This document shows positions 39,027 through 48,114 of a DNA stretch of 64,000 nt, piece by piece; within the stretch, counting starts at the first letter, position 1; every line of letters begins with the position of its first letter. Source of the stretch: Candidatus Levyibacteriota bacterium (GTDB lineage Bacteria > Patescibacteriota > Microgenomatia > Levybacterales > UBA12049); contig JBPOIT010000007.1 of assembly GCA_052034235.1 (NCBI GenBank), forward strand, positions 22,234 to 86,233. Direction: 5' to 3'. The translations under genes were made by a program, and so were the position numbers. The notes beneath the pieces were generated by a model, which saw nothing but the letters and a program-made list of their open reading frames with translations, made no database searches and was not told the origin of the DNA.

Positions 39027-39058
39027 TGTATAAGGATTAGACCTCATCTCAATATCAT
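39027..39058 (+). promoter_or_regulatory. late-promoter motif copy (lysis genes)
   Basis: TGTATAAG-N14-TCAATATCAT. Confidence 0.78.
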
Positions 39059-39066
39059 TGGGTAGG

Positions 39067-40098
39067 ATGAGAAACTACCCAAAAATCTATTCACAGCGCG
39101 ATCCTAAATGGGCTTCTCAAAGACTAGGAACAGTCAATGGGTCAACCATTGGCCAATATGGTTGTTATTTGACTTGTGATGCCATGACTGCAGGTTATTT
39201 TCATCAAGAAATAACCCCAAATGCTCTAGATGACATCTTCACCAATAAAAAGTACTACGTAAGCGGAAATTTACTCACTGATGACGCATTAACAAAGGTA
39301 TTTCCTGAAATTGTCTACCAAAGGACGTATTCCTATAAGGACGTCCCAGCTGATTTAAATTTACTCAGACAGCTTGCTCAAGACGACACACTAGCAATCA
39401 TTCTATGTATAGACTTCGATCACGATCCAAATGATGGAATTCAGACTCATTTTGTATGTGTTCAATCATATGAAGGAAATACTCTCAAAATTTATGATCC
39501 TTGGTATGGAACTGAAGATGACTTTGCACTCCACTATGGTAATAACCCAGGACTCACGATTCAAAAAGTTGTGGTTTATAAAGGTAATCCGGTTAATGGA
39601 ACCGTTGCTGTAGATGCAGCCGTTTTTCCCCAACTTGTCGATAAAGCCACAAAATATGATGCCTTTCATGCTGCAGGTTATACGACTGTAGATGATGTCA
39701 TAAAGAAAGTAGGTGACCTAACCAATGCCAATACTCAGTTTCAGCAAGATATTCAAAAGCTTCAAGGTCAAATTTCTGATATGGCGACTGCGATTCAAAA
39801 AGTTAAGGATGAAGATTTACAGGCAGTGGACGACTCCTTAAAAGCGCAGCATGAACGAGATAGTGCAGTTTCAGACTTAAATTTTGCAAAGAAACTTCTT
39901 GGTTTAGATCCTCAAGCAACTCCGGATGATATGGATAAAGCAGTTAGTACTTTGAAAGACAAGAATAAGGAGTTAGAGAAAGAAATTAAAGAACAAACTA
40001 AGCCTCAAGCAGAAATTACAGATCCAGATGTTAAAGCTGCATTTAGTTTAATAACTTTCTTGAAAAAGATATTCGGAAAAGGAGGTGATACTCAGTGA
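39067..40098 (+). CDS. C39-like cysteine peptidase, putative endolysin, with coiled-coil tail
   Basis: YSQRDPKW, GQYGCYLT, THFV and YDPW. Confidence 0.7.
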   Translation: MRNYPKIYSQRDPKWASQRLGTVNGSTIGQYGCYLTCDAMTAGYFHQEITPNALDDIFTNKKYYVSGNLLTDDALTKVFPEIVYQRTYSYKDVPADLNLLRQLAQDDTLAIILCIDFDHDPNDGIQTHFVCVQSYEGNTLKIYDPWYGTEDDFALHYGNNPGLTIQKVVVYKGNPVNGTVAVDAAVFPQLVDKATKYDAFHAAGYTTVDDVIKKVGDLTNANTQFQQDIQKLQGQISDMATAIQKVKDEDLQAVDDSLKAQHERDSAVSDLNFAKKLLGLDPQATPDDMDKAVSTLKDKNKELEKEIKEQTKPQAEITDPDVKAAFSLITFLKKIFGKGGDTQ

Positions 40099-40373
40099 AT
40101 GACTTAATTGGATTGGTTTTACCACCGGTTATTGATCTTATAAATCATAAAGTATCAAATTCAGCAGCAAAAGTTCTCCTCTCTTTAGCAATTTCACTTA
40201 TTGTTGGTGCATTATTGAATCTTGATAAGCTTAATGTCAAAGACGCAGGAGATGTTTTACAGGCTGGACTAGTGGTTTTCGGATCAGCTCAGGTAACTTA
40301 TCAGCTTTATTGGAAAAAGTCTTTAGATAGGCAACAGATGGTCTCAAAATTGCAAGGAAAAATTTCTAGTTGA
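40095..40373 (+). CDS. holin (putative)
   Basis: 92 aa with 2-3 hydrophobic helices and a GGAGGTG RBS, directly after the lysin. Confidence 0.65.
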   Translation: MNDLIGLVLPPVIDLINHKVSNSAAKVLLSLAISLIVGALLNLDKLNVKDAGDVLQAGLVVFGSAQVTYQLYWKKSLDRQQMVSKLQGKISS

Positions 40374-40608
40374 AGAGTATAATTGCTAGAAGAAGAACTA
40401 TAAATAAAATTGTTCCTACTACCCATATTGTACTCTTTTTGGAGCCTTTTCTTACATCGACAATTATTGGATAATTGAATGGTTGTTTATCTTCTTTTGT
40501 AGTAAATCTCATCATAATTAATTCTATATCATTTTAGGATTGTTTTCTTTTGTGTATTCGTCTGTAATTTGATCCTATATGCGCTATAATAATAGTGTTA
40601 ATAACCTT

Positions 40609-42837
40609 ATGGGCGAAGTAGGTGATAATTCTATGACTGTAAGAGTTGAAGGAGCTGGTATCAGTGATCATCCTGGGGTAGAGCATTCCGCCCCTGTTTT
40701 TCGTGCTCTTAGAAGAGACCAAGATAGACAAGCTGAAATACTTGGTGGTTTTTCTCCGGACCAACAACGAGATATAAGATATAAACAAAAAATACTCACT
40801 TCACTCGCTTCTTTTATAGGAAAGGATTTTAGCATCCCCGTTAAACTGAATGAGCCAGGACAAGGCTGGCATTGGAACTTCCAAGACAACGAAATCAAAG
40901 TAGACCCACAAGATTTAGTAGAAAAGCCACTGGATTATTTAAGATTTGTTACTTCTCATGAAGGTACTCATAGAAGAATATCCAGAGCAGGCGATATTCC
41001 TCAGGAGGTTTGGAGACAACCTGGATTTTCTTTTATGGCAAATGCTATTGAAGATCCAAGAGTAAATAACTTTCTAGCTGATGCATATCCTAAGTCCAGG
41101 GAACAAATGAAGCTTGCCTATGAAATGGATGCTCAATTTGAAGCTCAAGCTAAGAAAGATGCAAAAGATCAGTTAGGATTTCAGCCAAGATTTGTAACAG
41201 CTGGCTTTGAATATATAAAGCAGTGGTTTAGAAGCACACAAGGTCAACCTGTAGAGCTAACTGACGACTTAGCTCCTGAAGTAAGAGAAGTTGTAAAGAA
41301 AACCTTGGAGTCTGCAAGAGATGCATGGCTCAGATACCCGTCAAAGCAAGAAGCAGATCAAGGCGAGGGAATAATAAAAAGATACTCACAGGTGTCTTAC
41401 GAAATTCAAAGAGATGAAGTATGGCCAGAATTTAAGAAGTTGGTAGATCAAGACATGCAAGACCAAGAAACGCAAGAGTTAATCCAACAAATGATGCAAG
41501 GGCAATCCGGTGAGGGTGAAGGCGAAGGACAAAGTGGTCAAGGTATGCCGCAAGACCTAAAAGATAAATTGACACCAGAGCAACAGGGAGAATTAGAGCA
41601 AGCAATGCAACAGGCAGCACAAAAAGGGCAACCTCAGCCTGGCGAGGGACAACCTCAAGCTGGAGATGGTCAGCCAGGGCAAGGAAAAAGAACCGCTGTT
41701 GACTTAGATTCTTTATCACCTGAATTAAGACAAAAATTAAAAGAGCATATTGATAGCAAACCCCAACCCACGCAACAGCAGTTAGAAGAAATGGCTAGGC
41801 AAGCACTTAAAGAATTAGAGGATATGATAAATGAACAATTGCAAGGTAAGTTATCGGATAATCCGGATAAAAAAGCGGAGAGAGAAGCAGCACAAGCTCA
41901 AGCAAAACCTGCAGGAGAAGCTGCTCAGGGTGATAAAAAACCAACTGAAGAAGGAGAGCCTAGCGATAAGCCCGCCACTCCATCTGACTATGAAGGATCA
42001 GATGATTTCAGAAAATTTAAAGACCAATTAGAGCAGGTCATGCAAAAAGACGAAAGCGTATATGAGCAAAACAGAAGAGAAGTTTTACCTGTTATCGATG
42101 CTCTGGAGGGTGATTTAAGAGAGTTGTTCGTGGCACGAAGAGCCAATAAGTGGCACAGTGGTTTCAGAACGGGTAAAAGGATAGATATTAAGAAAAGAAT
42201 GCAGGAGAAAGCCTTGGGTGTCTCTCCTATTGAAAGTAAAGCTTGGCAAAAAAGAGAGGTTCCTCAGGAAAAAGATTATGCAATTACTCTTTTAGTTGAT
42301 CTTTCTGGTTCAATGAGAGGACAAAAGATTTCTGAAACCTTTAAAGGTGCGGTTGCTCTAGCCGAAGTATTAAATAGATTATCGATAAACACGGAAATAT
42401 TAGGATTTAATGACCGACTTTATGAATATCAGGCATATGGACAAGACATGTCGCAAGAAATTAGAGATCGAATGGGAACAATGCCACGGGAGGTTAACAC
42501 CGAAAGAGCTTCATATAATGACGATGGGTGGGCTTTAGAAGAAGCCTCTGAAAGATTAGCCAGACAAAAAGCAACCGAAAAATTCTTATTTGTGTTATCT
42601 GATGGTGTACCAGAGCCATCATCTGCGCACTCTGGTCCCAGGTATGAGTTAGGAGCTGCAGTTAGAAGGATTATGGAAGGATCAGATCAAAAATTAATTG
42701 GTTTAGGAATTGGTCAAGGAACTGAGCATGTCAGTAGATTTTACCCCAATAGTATTGCTAATATAAATGTAGGAGAAATGCCAGAAAAGCTGGCAGATGT
42801 AATTCGAGAAGCAATTGCTAATTACGATACCTTTTAG
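40609..42837 (+). CDS. metallopeptidase-like + Q/G-rich linker + VWA (CobT/NorD-type) protein
   Basis: HEGTH (HExxH)...NAIEDPRVN, and MIDAS motifs DLSGSM, YNDDG and LSDG. The ATG at 40609 is preferred because 40579 lies upstream of the TATAAT at 40585. Confidence 0.85.
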   Translation: MGEVGDNSMTVRVEGAGISDHPGVEHSAPVFRALRRDQDRQAEILGGFSPDQQRDIRYKQKILTSLASFIGKDFSIPVKLNEPGQGWHWNFQDNEIKVDPQDLVEKPLDYLRFVTSHEGTHRRISRAGDIPQEVWRQPGFSFMANAIEDPRVNNFLADAYPKSREQMKLAYEMDAQFEAQAKKDAKDQLGFQPRFVTAGFEYIKQWFRSTQGQPVELTDDLAPEVREVVKKTLESARDAWLRYPSKQEADQGEGIIKRYSQVSYEIQRDEVWPEFKKLVDQDMQDQETQELIQQMMQGQSGEGEGEGQSGQGMPQDLKDKLTPEQQGELEQAMQQAAQKGQPQPGEGQPQAGDGQPGQGKRTAVDLDSLSPELRQKLKEHIDSKPQPTQQQLEEMARQALKELEDMINEQLQGKLSDNPDKKAEREAAQAQAKPAGEAAQGDKKPTEEGEPSDKPATPSDYEGSDDFRKFKDQLEQVMQKDESVYEQNRREVLPVIDALEGDLRELFVARRANKWHSGFRTGKRIDIKKRMQEKALGVSPIESKAWQKREVPQEKDYAITLLVDLSGSMRGQKISETFKGAVALAEVLNRLSINTEILGFNDRLYEYQAYGQDMSQEIRDRMGTMPREVNTERASYNDDGWALEEASERLARQKATEKFLFVLSDGVPEPSSAHSGPRYELGAAVRRIMEGSDQKLIGLGIGQGTEHVSRFYPNSIANINVGEMPEKLADVIREAIANYDTF

Positions 42838-42857
42838 TAAGATAAAAATTGATGATT

Positions 42858-43265
42858 ATGAATAGCAAATTTACAGACTTTCTAAAACACTCACTCTCTC
42901 AAAAAGAAATTTCTCTGGCTATTGCAAAAGACGATCAGGAGCTAAATAGCTTCCAAGAGACTCTTCATCAAGCTGGATTTAAGAAGGCTTATGATATTCC
43001 CGAAATCTTAAATGACATGAAGGAAAACTCAAAGGTCTACTACTTTATTGATGAGAAATTCCCCAAAGCGCTGTATGACTTAATAATTCAATACCCCACT
43101 GGTCAAGTAGAGACTTTTGATGTTCGAACAATGAAATCTACAGTGGTTACGCCGTCTTATAGCAAATCAGCTATAATACTGCTTGTCACAAAGGATACTT
43201 TAGCTTATTTTCAGACTAAAGGCTATTCAATATTAGAAAAAGTTGGAATAGCATATCAAAGTTAA
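42858..43265 (+). CDS. hypothetical protein in the VWA-AAA operon (possible degenerate AAA-like fold)
   Basis: Tightly spaced between the VWA and AAA genes. KVYYFIDE resembles a Walker B strand. Confidence 0.6.
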   Translation: MNSKFTDFLKHSLSQKEISLAIAKDDQELNSFQETLHQAGFKKAYDIPEILNDMKENSKVYYFIDEKFPKALYDLIIQYPTGQVETFDVRTMKSTVVTPSYSKSAIILLVTKDTLAYFQTKGYSILEKVGIAYQS

Positions 43266-43268
43266 AAT

Positions 43269-45269
43269 ATGGAAGATCCGAATGTAGACTCAGCTATGAT
43301 AGAAAGACAAGGACCGATTGACCGAAAGACTGCTCCTATTGTGGAAACTCCTGATACAGTTTCCTATTTGGGCGTGCGTTTAGAGAAGTCATCGGCTCCT
43401 CCTGGATTGTACGTTCCCAGAAAAGAACAATATGCTGATTATATCAATGATAGATTTTCCCTAGACCTTCAAAAACAACTAGCAGTAAGCTTTCTTCAGG
43501 GTGATCCAATTCTTGTGGAAGGTGGTACTAGTATCGGTAAAACAACTACTGTAAGAAAGATGGCAGCAGATCTTGGGTGGGAAGTTCACTACGCCAACCT
43601 TAATGGAGCAACGGATGTAGAAGATTTAATGGGTAGATACATCCCTAATCCAGATAAACATGCTCCTGAAGATCCTGAATATGTATTTGCTGATGGAAAA
43701 GTCACCAGTGGTCTAAGACAAGAAGATGGGAAAATTAAAGTTATTATTTTGGATGAGTTTAATGCTGCAGCTCCTAATATTTTAATTCGTTTACATGAGG
43801 TATTGGATGCTGTAGGCAGAGGGGAAAATGTTGTTTTATCAGAGGATGCTTCAGAAGTTGTTCCTGTTGATAAAGCTAAGACCAAAGTAGTAGCACTCAT
43901 GAATCCTCCTGGAAAAGGTTATTTTGGAAGAGAGCCGCTAGATCCGGCACAGCTAAGACGTTGGGTATACACAAAAGCCCCTACAGATTTACCAGACGAA
44001 ACGTTCAGCCATGCTACAGACGCTTTATTTACGCTGGCTCCTCAAATGCAGGATGTGCCGGAGGATGCATATTTATTAAATCGAGACTTGGCCTTGCTAC
44101 CAGAGCAATTACAAGAAATACCAGGTATCCACGAAGTACTGGCTAAATATAAGGAATTTCACAAAGGAGCAAAATTGTTGGTCAGAGAAAGAAGAGTTGC
44201 TGCAGATCAACCGCAACCATTTACTTACGATGACAGAATGGAACCTAGAAGAGTGAGAGATTTCGTTTTGTCTTTTTATAATGGAGATGTTAATGACACC
44301 TTCCAAACAGCTCTGCGTTATTACTATGAAAATAAATTAGATTCAGCAGTAGATAAAGCTGCTATGGATGAATTAGTCAGAACAGTCGAATATGTAGAGC
44401 CAATACAAAATGTTTCTTCTCAAAGGCGAGGACTAGAAAGGGACGCTGCTGTCAGACCTGGAGAACCATTAGTAGATATTGTTAGGTCTACCGCTACGGA
44501 GACATCTGAGCTTGGAAGAAGGGAAACTGAAGCATGGCAAAGAGTTTTGGGTACAAGAGTTGAAGTAAAGCCATTGCCTGAATCTGTTACACCAGAAGTA
44601 AGAAGAAATCTTGAACGACTTGGGTTTGATTTACGGTATGTTCCCAAAATTGAGCTTGCTGATCGTGATGCTATTAGGCGTAAAGGTGTTGACCAGTACT
44701 TAAAAGATTTACAACGTCAATATCCAAATTGGAAGCCATATGAATCTCTTGGTGATAGAGAGCAATCCGACCATAGAATTCCTCGAAACTTGAGGGAATG
44801 GTATTGGGAGTTAGTAAAAGATGGAAAAGTGGATATGCCTGTGCTTCCTGGACAGTGGTTAGCTGTTGAAACAGTCGATAAGCCATCATATGGGAATAAA
44901 TATGCAAGAACTGCTTTTGCTGAAAAGTTAGGATTTAGAGATGATAGGTTTAATGTCTCTTGGAATGATGCAAATAACGCTATAGAAAGGCAAAAGAGAG
45001 CAGTTTTAGGTGAAGTCGGGCTTACTGGAAGGTCTGCAGATATTCGATTACTAGAGACTCCTGAATGGAATTTATTAGGAAATCGTGAGGGTTGGGGTGC
45101 AACTGATACTTATGAGTGGACAAATACAGAATATCGTGAGTCCGGTGGTCCGCGCCGTCTCGTGGTTGGTGGCTCCGACTACGGTGGTGCGGCGAACGTC
45201 TACTGGGCTCATCCTGACTACTCGTACGACAACGTGGGGTTCCGTGCTGCGGTAGTCGTGGGTTCTTGA
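43269..45269 (+). CDS. MoxR/CbbQ-NorQ-type AAA+ ATPase with C-terminal DGR-variable (CLec-like) domain
   Basis: GGTSIGKTT, DLMGRY, IILDEFN, MNP and LDPAQLRRW. The C-terminus YEWT...GG...NVGFRAAV contains the VR. Confidence 0.92.
   Translation: MEDPNVDSAMIERQGPIDRKTAPIVETPDTVSYLGVRLEKSSAPPGLYVPRKEQYADYINDRFSLDLQKQLAVSFLQGDPILVEGGTSIGKTTTVRKMAADLGWEVHYANLNGATDVEDLMGRYIPNPDKHAPEDPEYVFADGKVTSGLRQEDGKIKVIILDEFNAAAPNILIRLHEVLDAVGRGENVVLSEDASEVVPVDKAKTKVVALMNPPGKGYFGREPLDPAQLRRWVYTKAPTDLPDETFSHATDALFTLAPQMQDVPEDAYLLNRDLALLPEQLQEIPGIHEVLAKYKEFHKGAKLLVRERRVAADQPQPFTYDDRMEPRRVRDFVLSFYNGDVNDTFQTALRYYYENKLDSAVDKAAMDELVRTVEYVEPIQNVSSQRRGLERDAAVRPGEPLVDIVRSTATETSELGRRETEAWQRVLGTRVEVKPLPESVTPEVRRNLERLGFDLRYVPKIELADRDAIRRKGVDQYLKDLQRQYPNWKPYESLGDREQSDHRIPRNLREWYWELVKDGKVDMPVLPGQWLAVETVDKPSYGNKYARTAFAEKLGFRDDRFNVSWNDANNAIERQKRAVLGEVGLTGRSADIRLLETPEWNLLGNREGWGATDTYEWTNTEYRESGGPRRLVVGGSDYGGAANVYWAHPDYSYDNVGFRAAVVVGS
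45135..45256 (+). repeat. DGR variable repeat (VR)
   Basis: 122 bp, ungapped against the TR, with 10 mismatches, all at TR adenines. Confidence 0.97.
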
Positions 45270-45313
45270 TAGCTTGATCCTTTGGATCTTTTGGTTTTTT
45301 TGGTTTTGATCTC

Positions 45314-45342
45314 TTGAATTACCCGCTTGCGGGTCGATTCAA
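45314..45342. other. hairpin/cruciform downstream of the VR (candidate DGR target-recognition element)
   Basis: TTGAAT-T-ACCCGC-TT-GCGGGT-CG-ATTCAA. No U-run follows it on either strand. Confidence 0.6.
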
Positions 45343-45722
45343 AAAAATAATTTCAGCCTCATAATAATTGCATACGATAGATAGCATTTGACCTTGATTT
45401 TTGTTAGTACCCTCCGATATACTCCTAAATAGATTTTGTTAATGTAAGCGTGGGCATGCCTGCGTTTCACGAAATCTCTCTTTTTATCAATGTGTGAGTT
45501 TTGATGGGTACGCCTATCAGAAGAGAGCAAATAAGAAGATGAAACTACTTGTCCCTTTTTGAAGGTCTCAATAAGTAATTGTTGAGCCAAGTTAAATACA
45601 GGAGACAGTCTTTAGTGTCTAAAGACCATCTCGGTACGAATATAAAGGTAAGGGTTTGTAATTTAACATTCAGTGGCAAGAACTCCGATTCAATCGGAGG
45701 GAAAGAAAAGGGGCAATGCACA

Positions 45723-45844
45723 CGTGAGTCCGGTGATCCGAACCGTCTCGTGGTTGGTAACTCCGACAACGGTGGTGCGGCGAACGTCAACTGGGATCAT
45801 CCTGACAACTCGAACGACAACGTGGGGTTCCGTGCTGCGGTAGT
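45723..45844 (+). repeat. DGR template repeat (TR)
   Basis: Intergenic 122-bp copy of the VR with 8 AAC codons and 24 adenines. Confidence 0.97.
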
Positions 45845-45864
45845 ATTATCTTTAAGTGAAATAC

Positions 45865-45896
45865 GGCCTGCTCTATCAAGGGTAGGCCTTATTTTT
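45865..45896. terminator. hairpin between the TR and the convergent avd gene
   Basis: GGCCTGCTCT-ATCA-AGGGTAGGCC followed by TTATTTTT. Confidence 0.55.
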
Positions 45897-46272
45897 AGGT
45901 GGAAGATGACCTTATCCATCCACCTAACATTTTACCAATTTCTTGAAGGGAGGATTCTAATTCAAGATATTTTTTATTATCAAGTATTTTTAGATCTTTA
46001 CATAACCTTATGAGTACTTTTGTTAAATCGAGCTTTGTACTTGCTCTTTGCAAGACTGGTATTTTTTCTTGTTTAGGTAGGCTCGCAGCGATTGTAACTG
46101 ATTCTAGAAAATCGAGAAGAGCATTTTCGCATCTCTGGCCAAGTGTATATTTATCTTTTTTAGGAAAGTTAACAAGGTAACCATAAAAGGTTTTGTATGT
46201 TTCGTAAGTTTTTTGAAAAATGGGAAAATCTAAAGTTTTATTAATTGATTGAAAATCATGAGAGTCTGGCAT
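45895..46272 (-). CDS. avd: DGR accessory variability determinant (four-helix bundle)
   Basis: PIFQKTYE, FPKKDKYTLG and EIGKMLGGW. Confidence 0.9.
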   Translation of the reverse strand: MPDSHDFQSINKTLDFPIFQKTYETYKTFYGYLVNFPKKDKYTLGQRCENALLDFLESVTIAASLPKQEKIPVLQRASTKLDLTKVLIRLCKDLKILDNKKYLELESSLQEIGKMLGGWIRSSST

Positions 46273-47295
46273 AACATTTACTCAAATCTTATCACATTGG
46301 AGAGCGTTTTTACAGCGTGGGATGAGTTTATTCAAGGCAAAAAGAAAAAAGATGACGTAATGGCTTTTAGAAGGTTTCTCGAGGATAATTTATTCGAACT
46401 TCATCAAAGCTTAAAAGCTAAGACATACCAACATGGTGGGTACAAATCTTTTTATATTAGAGATCCAAAAGTGCGCCATATTTCAAAAGCTTGTGTCAGA
46501 GATAGAGTCGTCCATCATCTCGTCAGTAATGTCTTAGAAAGAATTTTTGACCCTACATTTTATGTGCATTCCTATTCCTGCCGTAAAAACAAAGGAACTC
46601 ATAAAGCAATCGAATCATTTGTTAAGCTTGCCAGAAAAGCTAGCAAAAATAATACGTCACCTCTTTTTGTTCTTAAATGTGACGTAAAGAAGTTTTTTGC
46701 CAGCGTCGATCATGAAATATTATATAGACTACTGGATAGGAGAATTTTTGATGAAGATTTTTTGTGGTTATTGAGAGAAATAATTAATAGCTTTAGTATA
46801 GATGCTCAGGAAAGGGGTATGCCTATAGGGAATCTCACTTCTCAATTTTTCGCTAATATTTACCTGGATCCTTTTGACCGTTTCATTAAGCATGATCTTA
46901 AAATTGAATATTATATTCGCTATGCTGATGACTTCATAATCTTGTCAGACAATAAGGAATATTTAGAGAAGTTAATTGTCAATCTTGAACACTTTTTGGA
47001 ATTTGAGCTAAAGCTATTCCTTCACCCTCACAAAATATCAATTCGAGATTATTATTTAGGAATAGATTTTTTAGGCTATATCGTTTTTCCTAATTTTGTC
47101 TTACCCAGAACCAAAACGAAGAAGCGGCTTTTTAGGAAGATTCATAAAAAGGTGGAACTTTATAAGATGAGTAAAATTACAGCAGAATCCCTTAGCCAGT
47201 CAATTCAATCCTACCTTGGTTATCTTACTCATGCCAATGCGTACAAACTCTCTCAACAGCTGAAGAATCAAATTATATTTTGGCTAAACGACTAA
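46258..47295 (+). CDS. DGR reverse transcriptase
   Basis: RDRVVHH, SYSCRKNKGTH, KCDVKKFF, GMPIGNLTSQ (DGR-type), YIRYADD and IDFLGY. Confidence 0.96.
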   Translation: MRVWHNIYSNLITLESVFTAWDEFIQGKKKKDDVMAFRRFLEDNLFELHQSLKAKTYQHGGYKSFYIRDPKVRHISKACVRDRVVHHLVSNVLERIFDPTFYVHSYSCRKNKGTHKAIESFVKLARKASKNNTSPLFVLKCDVKKFFASVDHEILYRLLDRRIFDEDFLWLLREIINSFSIDAQERGMPIGNLTSQFFANIYLDPFDRFIKHDLKIEYYIRYADDFIILSDNKEYLEKLIVNLEHFLEFELKLFLHPHKISIRDYYLGIDFLGYIVFPNFVLPRTKTKKRLFRKIHKKVELYKMSKITAESLSQSIQSYLGYLTHANAYKLSQQLKNQIIFWLND

Positions 47296-47507
47296 AACAT
47301 AAATAACTCTTTTGGCTCTACCTTCAGAGCCTTGGAGAGCTTATATATGTTGTCCAGGGAGACATTTTGCTCTCCTCTCTCCACCGCTCCAATATAGGTG
47401 CGGTGAATACTGGCCTTAAACCCCAATGCTTCCTGAGAAAGCTTTGCGGCTTTTCTAACCTCCCTTAGTCTGTTTCCGAATTTTTTTCGGATATTAGTTT
47501 GTCCCAT
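47292..47507 (-). CDS. XRE-family HTH regulator (C-protein-like)
   Basis: FGNRLREVR...LSQEALG...IHRTYIGAVERGEQNVSL. Confidence 0.88.
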   Translation of the reverse strand: MGQTNIRKKFGNRLREVRKAAKLSQEALGFKASIHRTYIGAVERGEQNVSLDNIYKLSKALKVEPKELFMF

Positions 47508-47591
47508 AATGACGCTGCAATCAAGGTTAGTATTTTGTAGTCAATAACTCTACAGACGATAACTAGCATTTCTGCTATAATTAGCTTGAAA

Positions 47592-47930
47592 ATGAAAAGA
47601 AATTTAATTATCGAACAATATGAATTCGGGACAATTGAGGGAATAAATGATGAAGCTTTACTCAAAGCGATTAATAAGGCTCAATCAAGGTTTTTTACCA
47701 AGCAGGATGGGTTTTTATATGCGGAAGTACTTAAAGAAGGTGACAAGTGGATAAAACTTACTTACTGGAACAGCCGAGATGAAGCTATGGGGGCACAAAA
47801 AGCATTTTTAGATCATTCTAGCTGCTTACCTTTTGTTCAGATGATTTCTCCTGGTAATGTGAAGATATTGTACCTAGAACGAATTTTGAGATATAAGAGC
47901 AAAGCTTTTGGTGAAAGGAGGTTTAGTTAA
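47592..47930 (+). CDS. ABM-like dimeric alpha/beta-barrel protein (putative)
   Basis: QDGF...YWNSRDEA pattern. Confidence 0.5.
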   Translation: MKRNLIIEQYEFGTIEGINDEALLKAINKAQSRFFTKQDGFLYAEVLKEGDKWIKLTYWNSRDEAMGAQKAFLDHSSCLPFVQMISPGNVKILYLERILRYKSKAFGERRFS

Positions 47931-48114
47931 TCAGTTTATCCAAGAAAATGTTCAGGAAATGTTTTATGTTATTACCTTAAAAATTGAGAATAAAGGCAAA
48001 GAAACTAAAAACAGTTCTCGAATCCGCTTAACGAATAACTCCCATAGATATAATCTGGGGGTTATTAATAGTCTATGTAATGCCTTAGTTTTCTGATAAA
48101 ATGCAGTTATATCT

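Noticed and set aside
19076-39058. Dispersed TGTATAAG repeats as a CRISPR array or MITE
   Set aside because: The copies are kilobases apart, bipartite with a variable spacer, and have promoter geometry.
45579-46013. 144-aa ORF resembling the target protein's C-terminus
   Set aside because: It is the TR read in the VR frame, and it overlaps avd on the opposite strand. The TR acts as RNA.
46258-47295. RT as a group II intron or retron
   Set aside because: It is short, has no maturase or endonuclease domain, has the GNLTSQ motif, and lies next to TR, VR and avd, which identifies a DGR.
47508-47590. C-box operators for the XRE protein
   Set aside because: Only partial GACT/AGTC-like half sites are present, with no convincing palindrome pair.
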